A DNA stretch of 64,000 nucleotides from Bacteroidales bacterium (GTDB lineage: Bacteria > Bacteroidota > Bacteroidia > Bacteroidales > UBA12077), in the NCBI GenBank assembly GCA_028282585.1, contig JANQHR010000144.1, positions 44,445-108,444 on the forward strand, written 5' to 3'. A program made the position numbers and the translations under genes. Shown piece by piece: positions 51,236 to 60,653 of the stretch; positions within the stretch are counted from its first letter, which is position 1; each line of letters starts with the position of its first letter. A model generated the notes under the pieces. It saw only the letters and a list, made by a program, of their open reading frames with translations, was not told the origin of the DNA and did no database searches.

Positions 51236-52327
51236 ATGCTTACTAAAGAAAAGGCTGTAATTCGACTAAGAAAGATCAAAAGTTCTTTGGCCTTTCATTT
51301 CCTGTTTTGGTATTTAAGTTTCCTGTTTTATTTTTTTATGACAGGCGAACAACAAATATTCAAGGCATATTTAAATTTATTACGTGTAGAAAATGTATAT
51401 TATATTATCCTGTTTCTCAGTGCATCTATTTCCATTTTATTTACTTTTTTAGATACCATTTTTACGGATCGCCTTATACGATTCTTTCCAATAAGTTTTA
51501 TCATTTTTATTCGATCAACTTTATATTTTTTATCTGCATTTGCTTTAATTCTTTTAGCGGCTCGGTCACCTCTAACTATATATACCTCGAAAAATTATAC
51601 TGAGATACTTAAGCAACTGCCAGATATGGATATTTACTTTTATCGCTTTTTGAGCCATTTTTACTTATCGTGTATTCTAAATGATTTTGTTAAAGGAATG
51701 CAAAAAAGAATGGGTAAAGGAAATTTTCGTAATTGGTTTTTTGGATTATTGAACAAACCACGCGAAGAAAAACGTATTTTTATGTTTATTGATATGAAGG
51801 CATCTACTGCTATAGCAGAGAAACTTCAACATAAAAAGTTTAGCCATTTGGTACAAGATATATTTAATGATTTAGCCGTAGTTGATAATTATAGTGGAAG
51901 TATATACCAGTATTTAGGTGATGGAGCAATTATTTCATGGAGTCTAAAGCGTGGATTAAACAGAAATAATGCCCTGAATGCTTTTTTTGCATTTTCTCGT
52001 GTAATCAATAAACGAGGAAGATATTATCAACGAAAATACGACCTAATACCCAAGTTTAAAGCAGGTATTCATGTTGGAAAAGTTATGGTACTGCAGGTAG
52101 GTCAAATCAGACGCGATATTTCGTATAACGGAGATACTCTAAATACTGCTGCCAGAATTGAATCAATGTGTAATGAGTACAAACAAAATCTATTAATTTC
52201 AGGCGATTTTTTTAATATGGTAGAAGACCCCAAAGAGTTTTCTTTTAAAAATGTTGGCTATATTAAGTTAAAAGGTAAACGAAAAGCTGTGGAAATTTAT
52301 CAGGTGAAAAAGAAAAATCGCCGATAA
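51236..52327 (+). CDS. Membrane-bound class III adenylate/guanylate cyclase
   Basis: N-terminal TM helices; FIDMKAST, YLGDG, GIHVG, GDTLNTAARIES, LKGK. Confidence 0.9.
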   Translation: MLTKEKAVIRLRKIKSSLAFHFLFWYLSFLFYFFMTGEQQIFKAYLNLLRVENVYYIILFLSASISILFTFLDTIFTDRLIRFFPISFIIFIRSTLYFLSAFALILLAARSPLTIYTSKNYTEILKQLPDMDIYFYRFLSHFYLSCILNDFVKGMQKRMGKGNFRNWFFGLLNKPREEKRIFMFIDMKASTAIAEKLQHKKFSHLVQDIFNDLAVVDNYSGSIYQYLGDGAIISWSLKRGLNRNNALNAFFAFSRVINKRGRYYQRKYDLIPKFKAGIHVGKVMVLQVGQIRRDISYNGDTLNTAARIESMCNEYKQNLLISGDFFNMVEDPKEFSFKNVGYIKLKGKRKAVEIYQVKKKNRR

Positions 52328-52358
52328 TCTTTATATTTATCCGTTAATTAAAATTCAA

Positions 52359-53993
52359 ATGAAGAAAATTATATTAATCACTTTAATTTACTCTTATTTA
52401 GGTAGTTTAAATGCACAGCAAACGGATATTTTATCAATAGCGAATAGTATTGACTACAATTACTTTAATGAAACTCTGGAATTTTTATCAAGTGATGAGT
52501 TAAAAGGTCGCGATACAGGTTCAGAAGGGTATGATAAAGCAGCGAATTATGTAGCAAAGCATTTTAAAAGTAATGGATTAAAACCATTTGGCGATAATAA
52601 TACCTATTTTCAAAATGTGCCTTTTTTAAAACAGTACATTAATTTAAGAACCATAGATTTTTATGTTGAAAATCAAATAGAAAGGGTGGAGGCAAAATAT
52701 GCAGAAAATGTGAGCTTTTTAGTTAATACGGATCTGGAAAGAATTGATGAAAAACAACAACTTGTTTTTGTTGGATACGGACTCATAGATTCCAGTTTAA
52801 ACATCAATGACTACGAGGGTTTAGATGTAAAAGGTAAAACTGTAATTGTAGCATTGGGAGCTCCGAAATCATATAAAGATTATAACTCTTTTGATCCTAT
52901 TATTAAAGTAGAAACAGCTTTGAGTCAAGGAGCAACAGGCCTAATATTGTTTTATCCAAAACGATTGTTTCAAAAGGTAGTTTACAAGCAAATGCATGTT
53001 TTTTTGGAAAAGCCCATGATTACATTAAACGATAATACCTTAAAAGATAACTGGTTTGATTTTGAGTTGAAAATTGCTGCTTTTGCACATAAGAATTTTA
53101 TAAAAGAGGTATTTAAAATAAATAATCTAAATCTGGGTGGTGAGCTAAAAAAAATAGCTAAAGGTAAGAATAGAAGCAAGATTTTGGAAAGCAATGTTGT
53201 GTGCAATTATGAAATTATAACTGACTATATTAATTGCAAAAATGTTGTTGCCGTTTTACCAGGAGAAGATGATCAATTAAAAAGCGAATATGTAATTTTA
53301 GGAGCGCACTTGGATCATGTTGGAATTAGTGAACCTGTAAAAGGAGATTCAATTTGTAATGGAATGTGGGATAATGCTACTGGATCTGGCGCTTTAATAA
53401 GTATTGCAAAAACATATCTGGACGCTTCAATAAAACCAAAAAGATCTCTGGTTTTTGTTTGCTATACTGCCGAAGAAAAGGGATTGCTTGGTTCAAAGTA
53501 TTTTGCCAATAGAAAAGAATTTCCAAATGGAAAAATGGTTGCCAATTTAAATATCGATATGTTGGGTGGTTTGTTTCCAACAAAAGATATCATTCCGATG
53601 GGATATTCTCATTCAAATCTTTCAGAGGCTGTTGATTTTTCTGCTGAAAAACTGAACTATATTATTGATGATAATAAAATAGAAGAAAATACTTACTTAT
53701 TTAGAAGTGATCAGGCTTCATTTCTGAAAGTTGGTGTGCCCGTTTTAAACGTTGCAAACGGTTATACCGCCGTTGATCCAAAAGTTGATGGTGAAAAGGA
53801 GTTTACCAAATGGATGAAAAAATATTATCATACGCCCAAGGACGACTTAGAACAGGATTATTCTAAAGAAGTATTTCATGATGCCATAAAACTTAGTTTC
53901 TTAACAGTGTATTATATCACTAATTTACAGGATGAAATTAAATGGAACGAAAGCAGTTGGATTTATAAGAGATTTGTATTAAACCTGAATTAG
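52359..53993 (+). CDS. M28 family metallopeptidase with PA insert
   Basis: SDELKGRDTG, AHLDH, DNATG, AEEKGLLGS, NIDM, YHTPKD. Confidence 0.92.
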   Translation: MKKIILITLIYSYLGSLNAQQTDILSIANSIDYNYFNETLEFLSSDELKGRDTGSEGYDKAANYVAKHFKSNGLKPFGDNNTYFQNVPFLKQYINLRTIDFYVENQIERVEAKYAENVSFLVNTDLERIDEKQQLVFVGYGLIDSSLNINDYEGLDVKGKTVIVALGAPKSYKDYNSFDPIIKVETALSQGATGLILFYPKRLFQKVVYKQMHVFLEKPMITLNDNTLKDNWFDFELKIAAFAHKNFIKEVFKINNLNLGGELKKIAKGKNRSKILESNVVCNYEIITDYINCKNVVAVLPGEDDQLKSEYVILGAHLDHVGISEPVKGDSICNGMWDNATGSGALISIAKTYLDASIKPKRSLVFVCYTAEEKGLLGSKYFANRKEFPNGKMVANLNIDMLGGLFPTKDIIPMGYSHSNLSEAVDFSAEKLNYIIDDNKIEENTYLFRSDQASFLKVGVPVLNVANGYTAVDPKVDGEKEFTKWMKKYYHTPKDDLEQDYSKEVFHDAIKLSFLTVYYITNLQDEIKWNESSWIYKRFVLNLN

Positions 53994-54007
53994 GATAAAG
54001 GAAGTTT

Positions 54008-54041
54008 AAAAGCCTCGTACTTTCTCGCTACGAGGTTTTTT
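54008..54041 (+). terminator. Intrinsic terminator
   Basis: AAAAGCCTCGTA-N9-TACGAGGTTTTT. Confidence 0.8.
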
Positions 54042-54065
54042 GTTATATTGAAATACCTAATTGCA

Positions 54066-54956
54066 ATGAAAAAAGTTAGTATTATTCTTATACTCATCGT
54101 AATGGTTTCATTTAAGGAAAATCAGCAAAAGGAAAGATTGTTAAAATCAACGTTTGAAAATTCAGAATTTATAGAATCAAAAGATTATCAGGTTTATTTG
54201 CCAATTTCCTATGATAACAAACCAGAAAAATGTTACCCTGTTTTATATCAAATGGATGGTCAGAATCTATTTGTTGATAGCTTGACATACGGTGGGATTT
54301 CGTGGCAATTTAATCGTGTAACGGATAGTTTAACAATGTTAAATCAAATTGAAGAGTTTATTCTTGTAGGTATTAATCATGCAGGTGTCAAAAGGTTCTC
54401 AGAGTATATGCCTCAAAAGGTGGTTGAAGTTATTTCTGAAGAATATAGAGATTCTTTAATTAAGAGAATTGAGTTTTCTGTTTATTCCGATAATTTCTTG
54501 GAGTTTTTGATAAATGAACTAAAAGTAGAAATTGATAACACATACAGAACTCTTGACGATACAGAAAATACTTATATAGGTGGATCAAGTATGGGTGGAT
54601 TAATTTCTATGTATGCATTATGCGAATATCCGGATATTTTTAAAGGTGCAATATGTATGTCAACGCACTGGATTGTTTCTCTGGATAACTCAACTCCGGA
54701 AATTGCAATGGAGATACAAAAGTATTTTGCTAATAACTTACCTGAGAATAAGAAATTCTATTTTGATCATGGAACCGAAGGTTTGGACCAATACTATGAA
54801 CCATATCAAAAAATGGCTGACTCTGTTCTTGTCAAGGCTGGTTACAAAAAAGGAGGTAGTTTCCTAAGCAAAAAATTTGTAGGTCATAATCATAACGAAT
54901 ATTATTGGAATAAAAGATTAGATATTCCGTTAAAATTTATGTTTGGAACAGATTAA
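54066..54956 (+). CDS. Alpha/beta hydrolase (putative esterase)
   Basis: YPVLYQMDGQNLF, GSSMGG, DHGT, HNE..W; ATG 54066 gives a signal peptide. Confidence 0.88.
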   Translation: MKKVSIILILIVMVSFKENQQKERLLKSTFENSEFIESKDYQVYLPISYDNKPEKCYPVLYQMDGQNLFVDSLTYGGISWQFNRVTDSLTMLNQIEEFILVGINHAGVKRFSEYMPQKVVEVISEEYRDSLIKRIEFSVYSDNFLEFLINELKVEIDNTYRTLDDTENTYIGGSSMGGLISMYALCEYPDIFKGAICMSTHWIVSLDNSTPEIAMEIQKYFANNLPENKKFYFDHGTEGLDQYYEPYQKMADSVLVKAGYKKGGSFLSKKFVGHNHNEYYWNKRLDIPLKFMFGTD

Positions 54957-55032
54957 CATTTTATGGAATAAATTGTCGAATTAAACTTAAAGGAGATTTG
55001 TTTATCTAAGTGTAAAATCAAAAACTAAAAGT

Positions 55033-57834
55033 ATGAAGAAATTTGTAATTCTATTTAGCCTTATTTTATTCGTTTTGAGTGTTTTTTCGCAAGATTCAAA
55101 GCGACCATTAACATTTGATGATATCTTAAAATGGAATCGTATAACTGAAAAGAAAATTTCTAATGATGGAAACTTTGTTGTGTACAAATTAGAACCTTGG
55201 AAGGGAGATTCTGAAGTGAAAATAGTAAGTAAATCAGGAAATGAGTTGGCATCAATAAGCTGTGGTAACAAAGCCGAAATTACAAGCGATTCAAAGTTTG
55301 TAATTTTTACGATTAAACCAGAAGAGGAAGAAGTAAAACAATTAAAGCTAAAAAAGACCAAAAAAGAAGATATGCCATTGAATCAGTTGGGTATCTATAA
55401 TTTGGAAACGGAGAATTTAGAAAGTATTGCAAATTTAAAATCTGTTAAAGTTCCCAAAAATTGGGATGGATGGATTGTCTATCAAACAAAATCAATTCAG
55501 TTACCTGATACAAGTAAAACAGAGAATGATGAAAAGGAGAAGATGAAAGAGGAATCAGATGATAACGGATACATGTTAAATATTAAAAATCTAAATGATG
55601 GTACTTTAACACAGTTTCCTTTTGTTACTAGTTATGTTTTAGCAAAGGATTCAAAATCTGTTGCATTTGTTTCAACTGGTGATGATAAAGAATTTAAGGC
55701 TGGAGTTTATGTGATAGGTTTAACTCCAATGAATAAAGTTCAGTTAATAAATAGCAAAGGCGAGTATAAACAATTAGCATTTAATGAAGATGCTTCAAGG
55801 CTTGCATTTTTGGCTGATACAACTGATAACAAGAAAAAAGATTTTGATTTATTCTTGTGGAATAAATCATCAGAAATTAAAGAAATCATTAACAACGAGA
55901 ATGGAAATATTCCAGAAGGTTGGGAAATTTCAATAAATGGAGAAATTAGCTTTGGAGAAAGTACTAACAGGATATTTTTAGGATTAGCACCAATTAAGCC
56001 TGAAAAAGATACAACGGTTTTGGAAGAAGAAATTCCTGTGTTGGATGTATGGCATTGGAACGAACCAATTTTGCACACCCAACAGTTAAATAAAAAATCA
56101 GATAATTTAAAAAAGTCGTATTTATCTGTTTATCATTTAGATGATGGCAAATTGATTCAGTTAGAAAAAGAGAATCTTACAGGAATTAAGCTAATTAATA
56201 AAGGAGATTCTGATAAAGTGCTGGCATGGTCAAATTTACCTTACTCAATACAAACCATGTGGGAAGGTTATCCTTACTATAATGATTTTTATTTGGTCGA
56301 TATCAAAACAGGCGAAGCAAAGATGATTAAGGAAAAGTGTTTAGCTAATCCAAATATTTCTCCTGGAGGAAAGTATGTATATTGGTATAATTTTGCAGAT
56401 ACCAGTTGGTATACCTATCAAATTAAATCAAATATAGAGTATAAAATAACTAACCCTGATATTATACAATGTGCAGATGAGATTAATGATGTTCCTAATT
56501 ACCCGTATGCATATGGAATTGCTGGTTGGTTACAGAATGATGAAGCACTTTTGGTTTATGATCGTTATGATATCTGGAAAGTTGATCCGGAAAATAAAAA
56601 AGAAGAAATTAATATTACTAAAAACGGACGAATTAATAGTACCAAATTTAGATTAGTCGATTTTGAAAATGATTATTTAAGATCAATAGGTGAGGAGAGA
56701 ATTGGAATTGATCCTAAAAAAACGCATTACTTATTGTCGAACAATGAGATAAATAGAAATGATGGAATATATACCGTTTCTTTAACGAAATCAGGAAATC
56801 CAAAACAATTAATATATGGTAGTTTTTATTTAACGAAACCATTTAAAGCTAAAGATTCGGATGTATATGTCTATACTCGTGAGACCTTTCAAGAATTTCC
56901 TGATTTGCTGGTAAGTGAAAATAATTTCAAAAAATCTAAAAAGATAAGTAATGCCAATCCACAACAAAGTGACTTTTTATGGGGAACAAAAGAATTATAT
57001 TCCTGGACCTCTTTAGATGGTCAAAAACTGGAAGGTTTGTTGGTTAAACCCGCTAATTTTGATCCAAACAAAAAATATCCATTGATCGTGAACTTTTATG
57101 AGAAATCTTCTCAAAGATTGTATAATCATCAGATACCTGAAGCACATCGCTCAACAGTAGATTATCATTACTACTCTAGTAATGATTATATTATTTTTAA
57201 TCCTGATGTTTATTATAAAGAAGGTTACCCGGGAGAATCGGCATTTAATTGTGTTATGCCAGGAGTTACCCAATTGATTAATGAAGGTTTTATTGACGAA
57301 AATGCTATAGCAGCCCAAGGCCATAGTTGGGGAGGTTACCAGGTTGCATATTTAGCTACAAGAACAAATTTATTTGCTGCTATTGAATCGGGAGCTCCTG
57401 TTGTTAATATGTTTAGTGCATATGGTGGTATCAGGTTATGGTCGGGTCGTAACCGAGCATTCCAATACGAGCGCACTCAAAGTAGAATTGGAAAGACTAT
57501 ATGGGAGTCACCTTTAAGATATTTAGAAAATTCACCTTTATTTACCGCTGATAAGATTGAAACACCTATGTTAATAATGCATAATGAGGATGATGGTGCA
57601 GTTCCATTTAGTCAGGGTATTGAATTCTTTATTGCACTGAGAAGAATGGGAAAAACAGCATGGTTGCTAAATTACAATGAAGCAGATCACTGGCCCACAA
57701 AGGTTAGAGATAAATATGATTTTCAAATTAGACTTGCACAGTTCTTTGATCATTACCTGAAAGGAAAACCTATGCCATTATGGATGAAAGAAGGTATTCC
57801 AGCTGTTGATAAGGGTTATGAGCTAGGATATTAA
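55033..57834 (+). CDS. S9 prolyl oligopeptidase family serine peptidase
   Basis: GHSWGG, DDGAV, EADH triad; long N-terminal propeller region; signal peptide. Confidence 0.93.
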   Translation: MKKFVILFSLILFVLSVFSQDSKRPLTFDDILKWNRITEKKISNDGNFVVYKLEPWKGDSEVKIVSKSGNELASISCGNKAEITSDSKFVIFTIKPEEEEVKQLKLKKTKKEDMPLNQLGIYNLETENLESIANLKSVKVPKNWDGWIVYQTKSIQLPDTSKTENDEKEKMKEESDDNGYMLNIKNLNDGTLTQFPFVTSYVLAKDSKSVAFVSTGDDKEFKAGVYVIGLTPMNKVQLINSKGEYKQLAFNEDASRLAFLADTTDNKKKDFDLFLWNKSSEIKEIINNENGNIPEGWEISINGEISFGESTNRIFLGLAPIKPEKDTTVLEEEIPVLDVWHWNEPILHTQQLNKKSDNLKKSYLSVYHLDDGKLIQLEKENLTGIKLINKGDSDKVLAWSNLPYSIQTMWEGYPYYNDFYLVDIKTGEAKMIKEKCLANPNISPGGKYVYWYNFADTSWYTYQIKSNIEYKITNPDIIQCADEINDVPNYPYAYGIAGWLQNDEALLVYDRYDIWKVDPENKKEEINITKNGRINSTKFRLVDFENDYLRSIGEERIGIDPKKTHYLLSNNEINRNDGIYTVSLTKSGNPKQLIYGSFYLTKPFKAKDSDVYVYTRETFQEFPDLLVSENNFKKSKKISNANPQQSDFLWGTKELYSWTSLDGQKLEGLLVKPANFDPNKKYPLIVNFYEKSSQRLYNHQIPEAHRSTVDYHYYSSNDYIIFNPDVYYKEGYPGESAFNCVMPGVTQLINEGFIDENAIAAQGHSWGGYQVAYLATRTNLFAAIESGAPVVNMFSAYGGIRLWSGRNRAFQYERTQSRIGKTIWESPLRYLENSPLFTADKIETPMLIMHNEDDGAVPFSQGIEFFIALRRMGKTAWLLNYNEADHWPTKVRDKYDFQIRLAQFFDHYLKGKPMPLWMKEGIPAVDKGYELGY

Positions 57835-57991
57835 AAAGTCATAAGTTAGTTTAATGGATAGTTCGGATTTAAAGATTCGGACTATCTCAATTTTTTTACA
57901 AACAATTTGTAAGAATCAATGTTTTAAATGAAAGGATTGATTTTTATAATTATCTTTTGTATTTTGTAAAACCTTCTTAGATCATAGAATT

Positions 57992-58570
57992 ATGGAATTA
58001 TCAAAAGGAGTCGCTAGCTATAGAGACGAATTGTGGAAAGATCTTATTCTCGAAAAAGTTTCAGAAAAACATAAATACAAAATTTCCAACTACGGTAGGA
58101 TAATTAGCTTTTTCCATTATAAAAAGGGCAGAATGTTAAAATTGGGTACAGTGAAGGGATATAAAACCTTTACAGTTAAAAATAACGAAGGCAAACAGTT
58201 ACATTATTATGTACACAGGCTTGTGGCCGAATATTTTATGGAAAAGCCCGAACCGGAACAGTCAGTTATTATGCATATTGATGATAACAGGCATAATAAT
58301 TATTACAGGAATTTAAAGTGGGCAACTGAAAGCGAGAAATTTCGATATCACATGAAGTATAACCCCAAAGTAAAAAATAGCTTCAAACCAAAAGGTCCTA
58401 GAGCATGGTCTAAATTATCCGAATCGGATGTCAAGATAATTAAACGAAAACTTTTCGATCCCAAAAGAAAAACTAAAATGAAAATACTTGCACGTCAGTT
58501 TGGTGTTTCAGAAATGCAACTTTATAGAATTAAATCGGGAGAAAATTGGAGCAGTGTTACACCTGATTAA
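57992..58570 (+). CDS. NUMOD4-HNH endonuclease-like protein with C-terminal HTH
   Basis: E.WK..YKISNYGR (NUMOD4), VHRLVAEYF..MHIDDNRHNNYYRNLKW (HNH), LARQFGVS...YRIKSGENW (HTH). Confidence 0.85.
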   Translation: MELSKGVASYRDELWKDLILEKVSEKHKYKISNYGRIISFFHYKKGRMLKLGTVKGYKTFTVKNNEGKQLHYYVHRLVAEYFMEKPEPEQSVIMHIDDNRHNNYYRNLKWATESEKFRYHMKYNPKVKNSFKPKGPRAWSKLSESDVKIIKRKLFDPKRKTKMKILARQFGVSEMQLYRIKSGENWSSVTPD

Positions 58571-60015
58571 TTGGACATACCCCAAAATTTATGTAAATCC
58601 AATAAGTAGCTGAGAATCTTTTATCTGAAGATTATCTTTTAATTTTCCCGGATGACGTGAAAAAATATTGCATAAACCATCTCCGAGAGCATAAAACTTA
58701 AAATCAGGGATGCCAAATACTCTTTTGGCACTTTTAAGTATGTACCCAGCCATTATTGTCAACTTTTGTGATTGATCAATAATAACAGCAATAAAATAAA
58801 ATACAGCCAATAGCAAAGCCATCATATTTTGCAGCCTTTTATATTTTAGGAGTCTAATATTCTCTAAATCATAAGTTTGTTTTATAAAACGGATTGTTTC
58901 CTCAATACTCCATCTTTTCATATATGCTTGAATAATAAACCACAAATCTTTTTCCCTGGGCAGGATTGGTAGTGTTGTAAGTAGCATCATAGGTTTAGAA
59001 CCAAAGCCCTTGATTACGACCATGTTTAGTGCTTCATCCCGGTCAGGTAGCTTAATTGGCACATAACCAAATTGCAAATCAAAGGAAATTTCTTTCCCTT
59101 TAATTAATCGTACTATTGTCTTTTTGAAAGGTAACCTACATGCATAGGCTAACCATAAGGATCGAACCTGGGTATTGTTATTAATAACATTACGAGAACC
59201 AACCATTCTAATAATAAAATCTCTATGGTTATCAAGCAGTGTCTCGAATAATGTATACCTATCCCCTCCGCGGTCAATAACCCAAATACCTTTGTTGCCA
59301 ATAGCATTACTAACTTGATTAATGGATTCTTTAATTTCATCATTTTCACTGGTAAAGTCAGGTGAATTTTGTGAATAAAGAGAAAAATGCAATGGAGTAA
59401 TTTCATCACTTTCTACTTCTGCCCCTATTATTTGATTGGTCCAATATCCGTTTACAAGTTCCCCATTCTCACTTCCATCTCTAACAATTGCCATATATTC
59501 CATTTGTTCTGCATACTTTTTCTTTACATCACTTAAATCAAGAATAAGTAAAGTTTTTTCTTTAATCCTGCTTTTAGCCATTGATAGAATATGCTTATGT
59601 ATGCATCCCCATAATTTGGTTTTGGCTAGTTGCCTACTAAAACGTTCTTCTATTTTTTTTAATGAAACGGAACTCTCTAATTTTCTCCCAATTTCTGTCA
59701 ATAATACCGATTCTAACGCAAGAATACCATAAACAGCTTCTTTGATAAAACGACCAGCAGTTTTATCTAATCCTTGGGCAAGTATCCCCGAAAATTTGCT
59801 TAATTTGTGTCTGAGCTTATTTGCTAAATGGCTAAAGTTCATTTTGTATCCTCCTGTGTTTGTGTGTGGAAATACAAAATTAAACAGGAGGATACTTTTA
59901 ATCAATTATTAAAAAAGTATCCCCATTTTCTATAATTATCACATATTAAATGTCAGATAATCAATAAAAATAAGCAATTTGGAACTTGAGTGGAAGTATT
60001 TTGGGGTATGTCCAA
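58571..60015 (-). mobile_element. Complete IS4-like insertion sequence (1445 bp)
   Basis: Perfect 18-bp TIRs TTGGACATACCCCAAAAT (58571-58588; reverse complement 59998-60015); 8-bp TSD CTGATTAA (58563-58570 and 60016-60023). Confidence 0.95.
58589..59842 (-). CDS. DDE transposase (IS4-like)
   Basis: ILDLSD, VIDRGGD, Y(2)R(3)E(6)K signature YMKRWSIEETIRFIK; ATG 59842 preceded by AGGAGG. Confidence 0.92.
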   Translation of the reverse strand: MNFSHLANKLRHKLSKFSGILAQGLDKTAGRFIKEAVYGILALESVLLTEIGRKLESSVSLKKIEERFSRQLAKTKLWGCIHKHILSMAKSRIKEKTLLILDLSDVKKKYAEQMEYMAIVRDGSENGELVNGYWTNQIIGAEVESDEITPLHFSLYSQNSPDFTSENDEIKESINQVSNAIGNKGIWVIDRGGDRYTLFETLLDNHRDFIIRMVGSRNVINNNTQVRSLWLAYACRLPFKKTIVRLIKGKEISFDLQFGYVPIKLPDRDEALNMVVIKGFGSKPMMLLTTLPILPREKDLWFIIQAYMKRWSIEETIRFIKQTYDLENIRLLKYKRLQNMMALLLAVFYFIAVIIDQSQKLTIMAGYILKSAKRVFGIPDFKFYALGDGLCNIFSRHPGKLKDNLQIKDSQLLIGFT

Positions 60016-60103
60016 CTGATTAATAGTTGATTAATAGGCTAATTTTTTATAACTTGTTTCTTTATTGTAGTTAAAATAGAAAATTAACTGGTAAGGAGGC
60101 TTT

Positions 60104-60598
60104 ATGAATAATAAACACTTAGCTTCTTCTAACGTAACTTTTGACTTTCTTCAGGGATCAAAGGATTTTCTAAATATAATTCTCAATAAGGTATCATGCG
60201 CTATTTTATTACTAAATCAAGATATGGAACTTCATGCTTTTAATGATCCATTAAAAACTATGTTTATTAATAAGCCTAATGAAGACTTACTATATGTAAA
60301 ATGTGGTGAGGCTATAGGGTGCGCATTTACAGTGGAGGAAATGAAAGAGTGCAGTACAACAAGTAAATGTAAAGAATGTGATCTAAGAGTTAGTACTCTG
60401 GAATCCTATGTTTCAAAGGAACCTATTTATAGAAAAAAAATGTCACGAGATTTTTATAAAACAGATGGTTCAAAAGAACTAAAACATTTGCAATTTTCGG
60501 TGTTGCCTTTTTATTTCGAGAAGAATTATTATATTATTTTAATTGTTGAAGATATTACAAGATTAGTAAACCTGGAGAAGATTTTTGATCAAAACTAA
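60104..60598 (+). CDS. Stand-alone PAS-like protein with a Cys cluster
   Basis: CAILLLNQD..AFN, CGEAIGC-x8-C-x5-C-xx-C, LIVEDIT end; AAGGAGG at 60093-60099. Confidence 0.7.
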   Translation: MNNKHLASSNVTFDFLQGSKDFLNIILNKVSCAILLLNQDMELHAFNDPLKTMFINKPNEDLLYVKCGEAIGCAFTVEEMKECSTTSKCKECDLRVSTLESYVSKEPIYRKKMSRDFYKTDGSKELKHLQFSVLPFYFEKNYYIILIVEDITRLVNLEKIFDQN

Positions 60599-60637
60599 AA
60601 AAGGCTCAAATTATAAATTTTTATAAATGAGCCTTTT
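60599..60637. terminator. Bidirectional terminator
   Basis: AAAAGGCTCA...TGAGCCTTTT between convergent genes. Confidence 0.7.
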
Positions 60638-60653
60638 ACTATTTTAGTTTAAG

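Noticed and set aside
1071-59905. Extended starts in the ORF track (1071, 29117, 49258, 54048, 59905)
   Set aside because: Downstream ATGs fit the family N-termini, signal peptides or SD better, and some extensions run through terminators or promoters.
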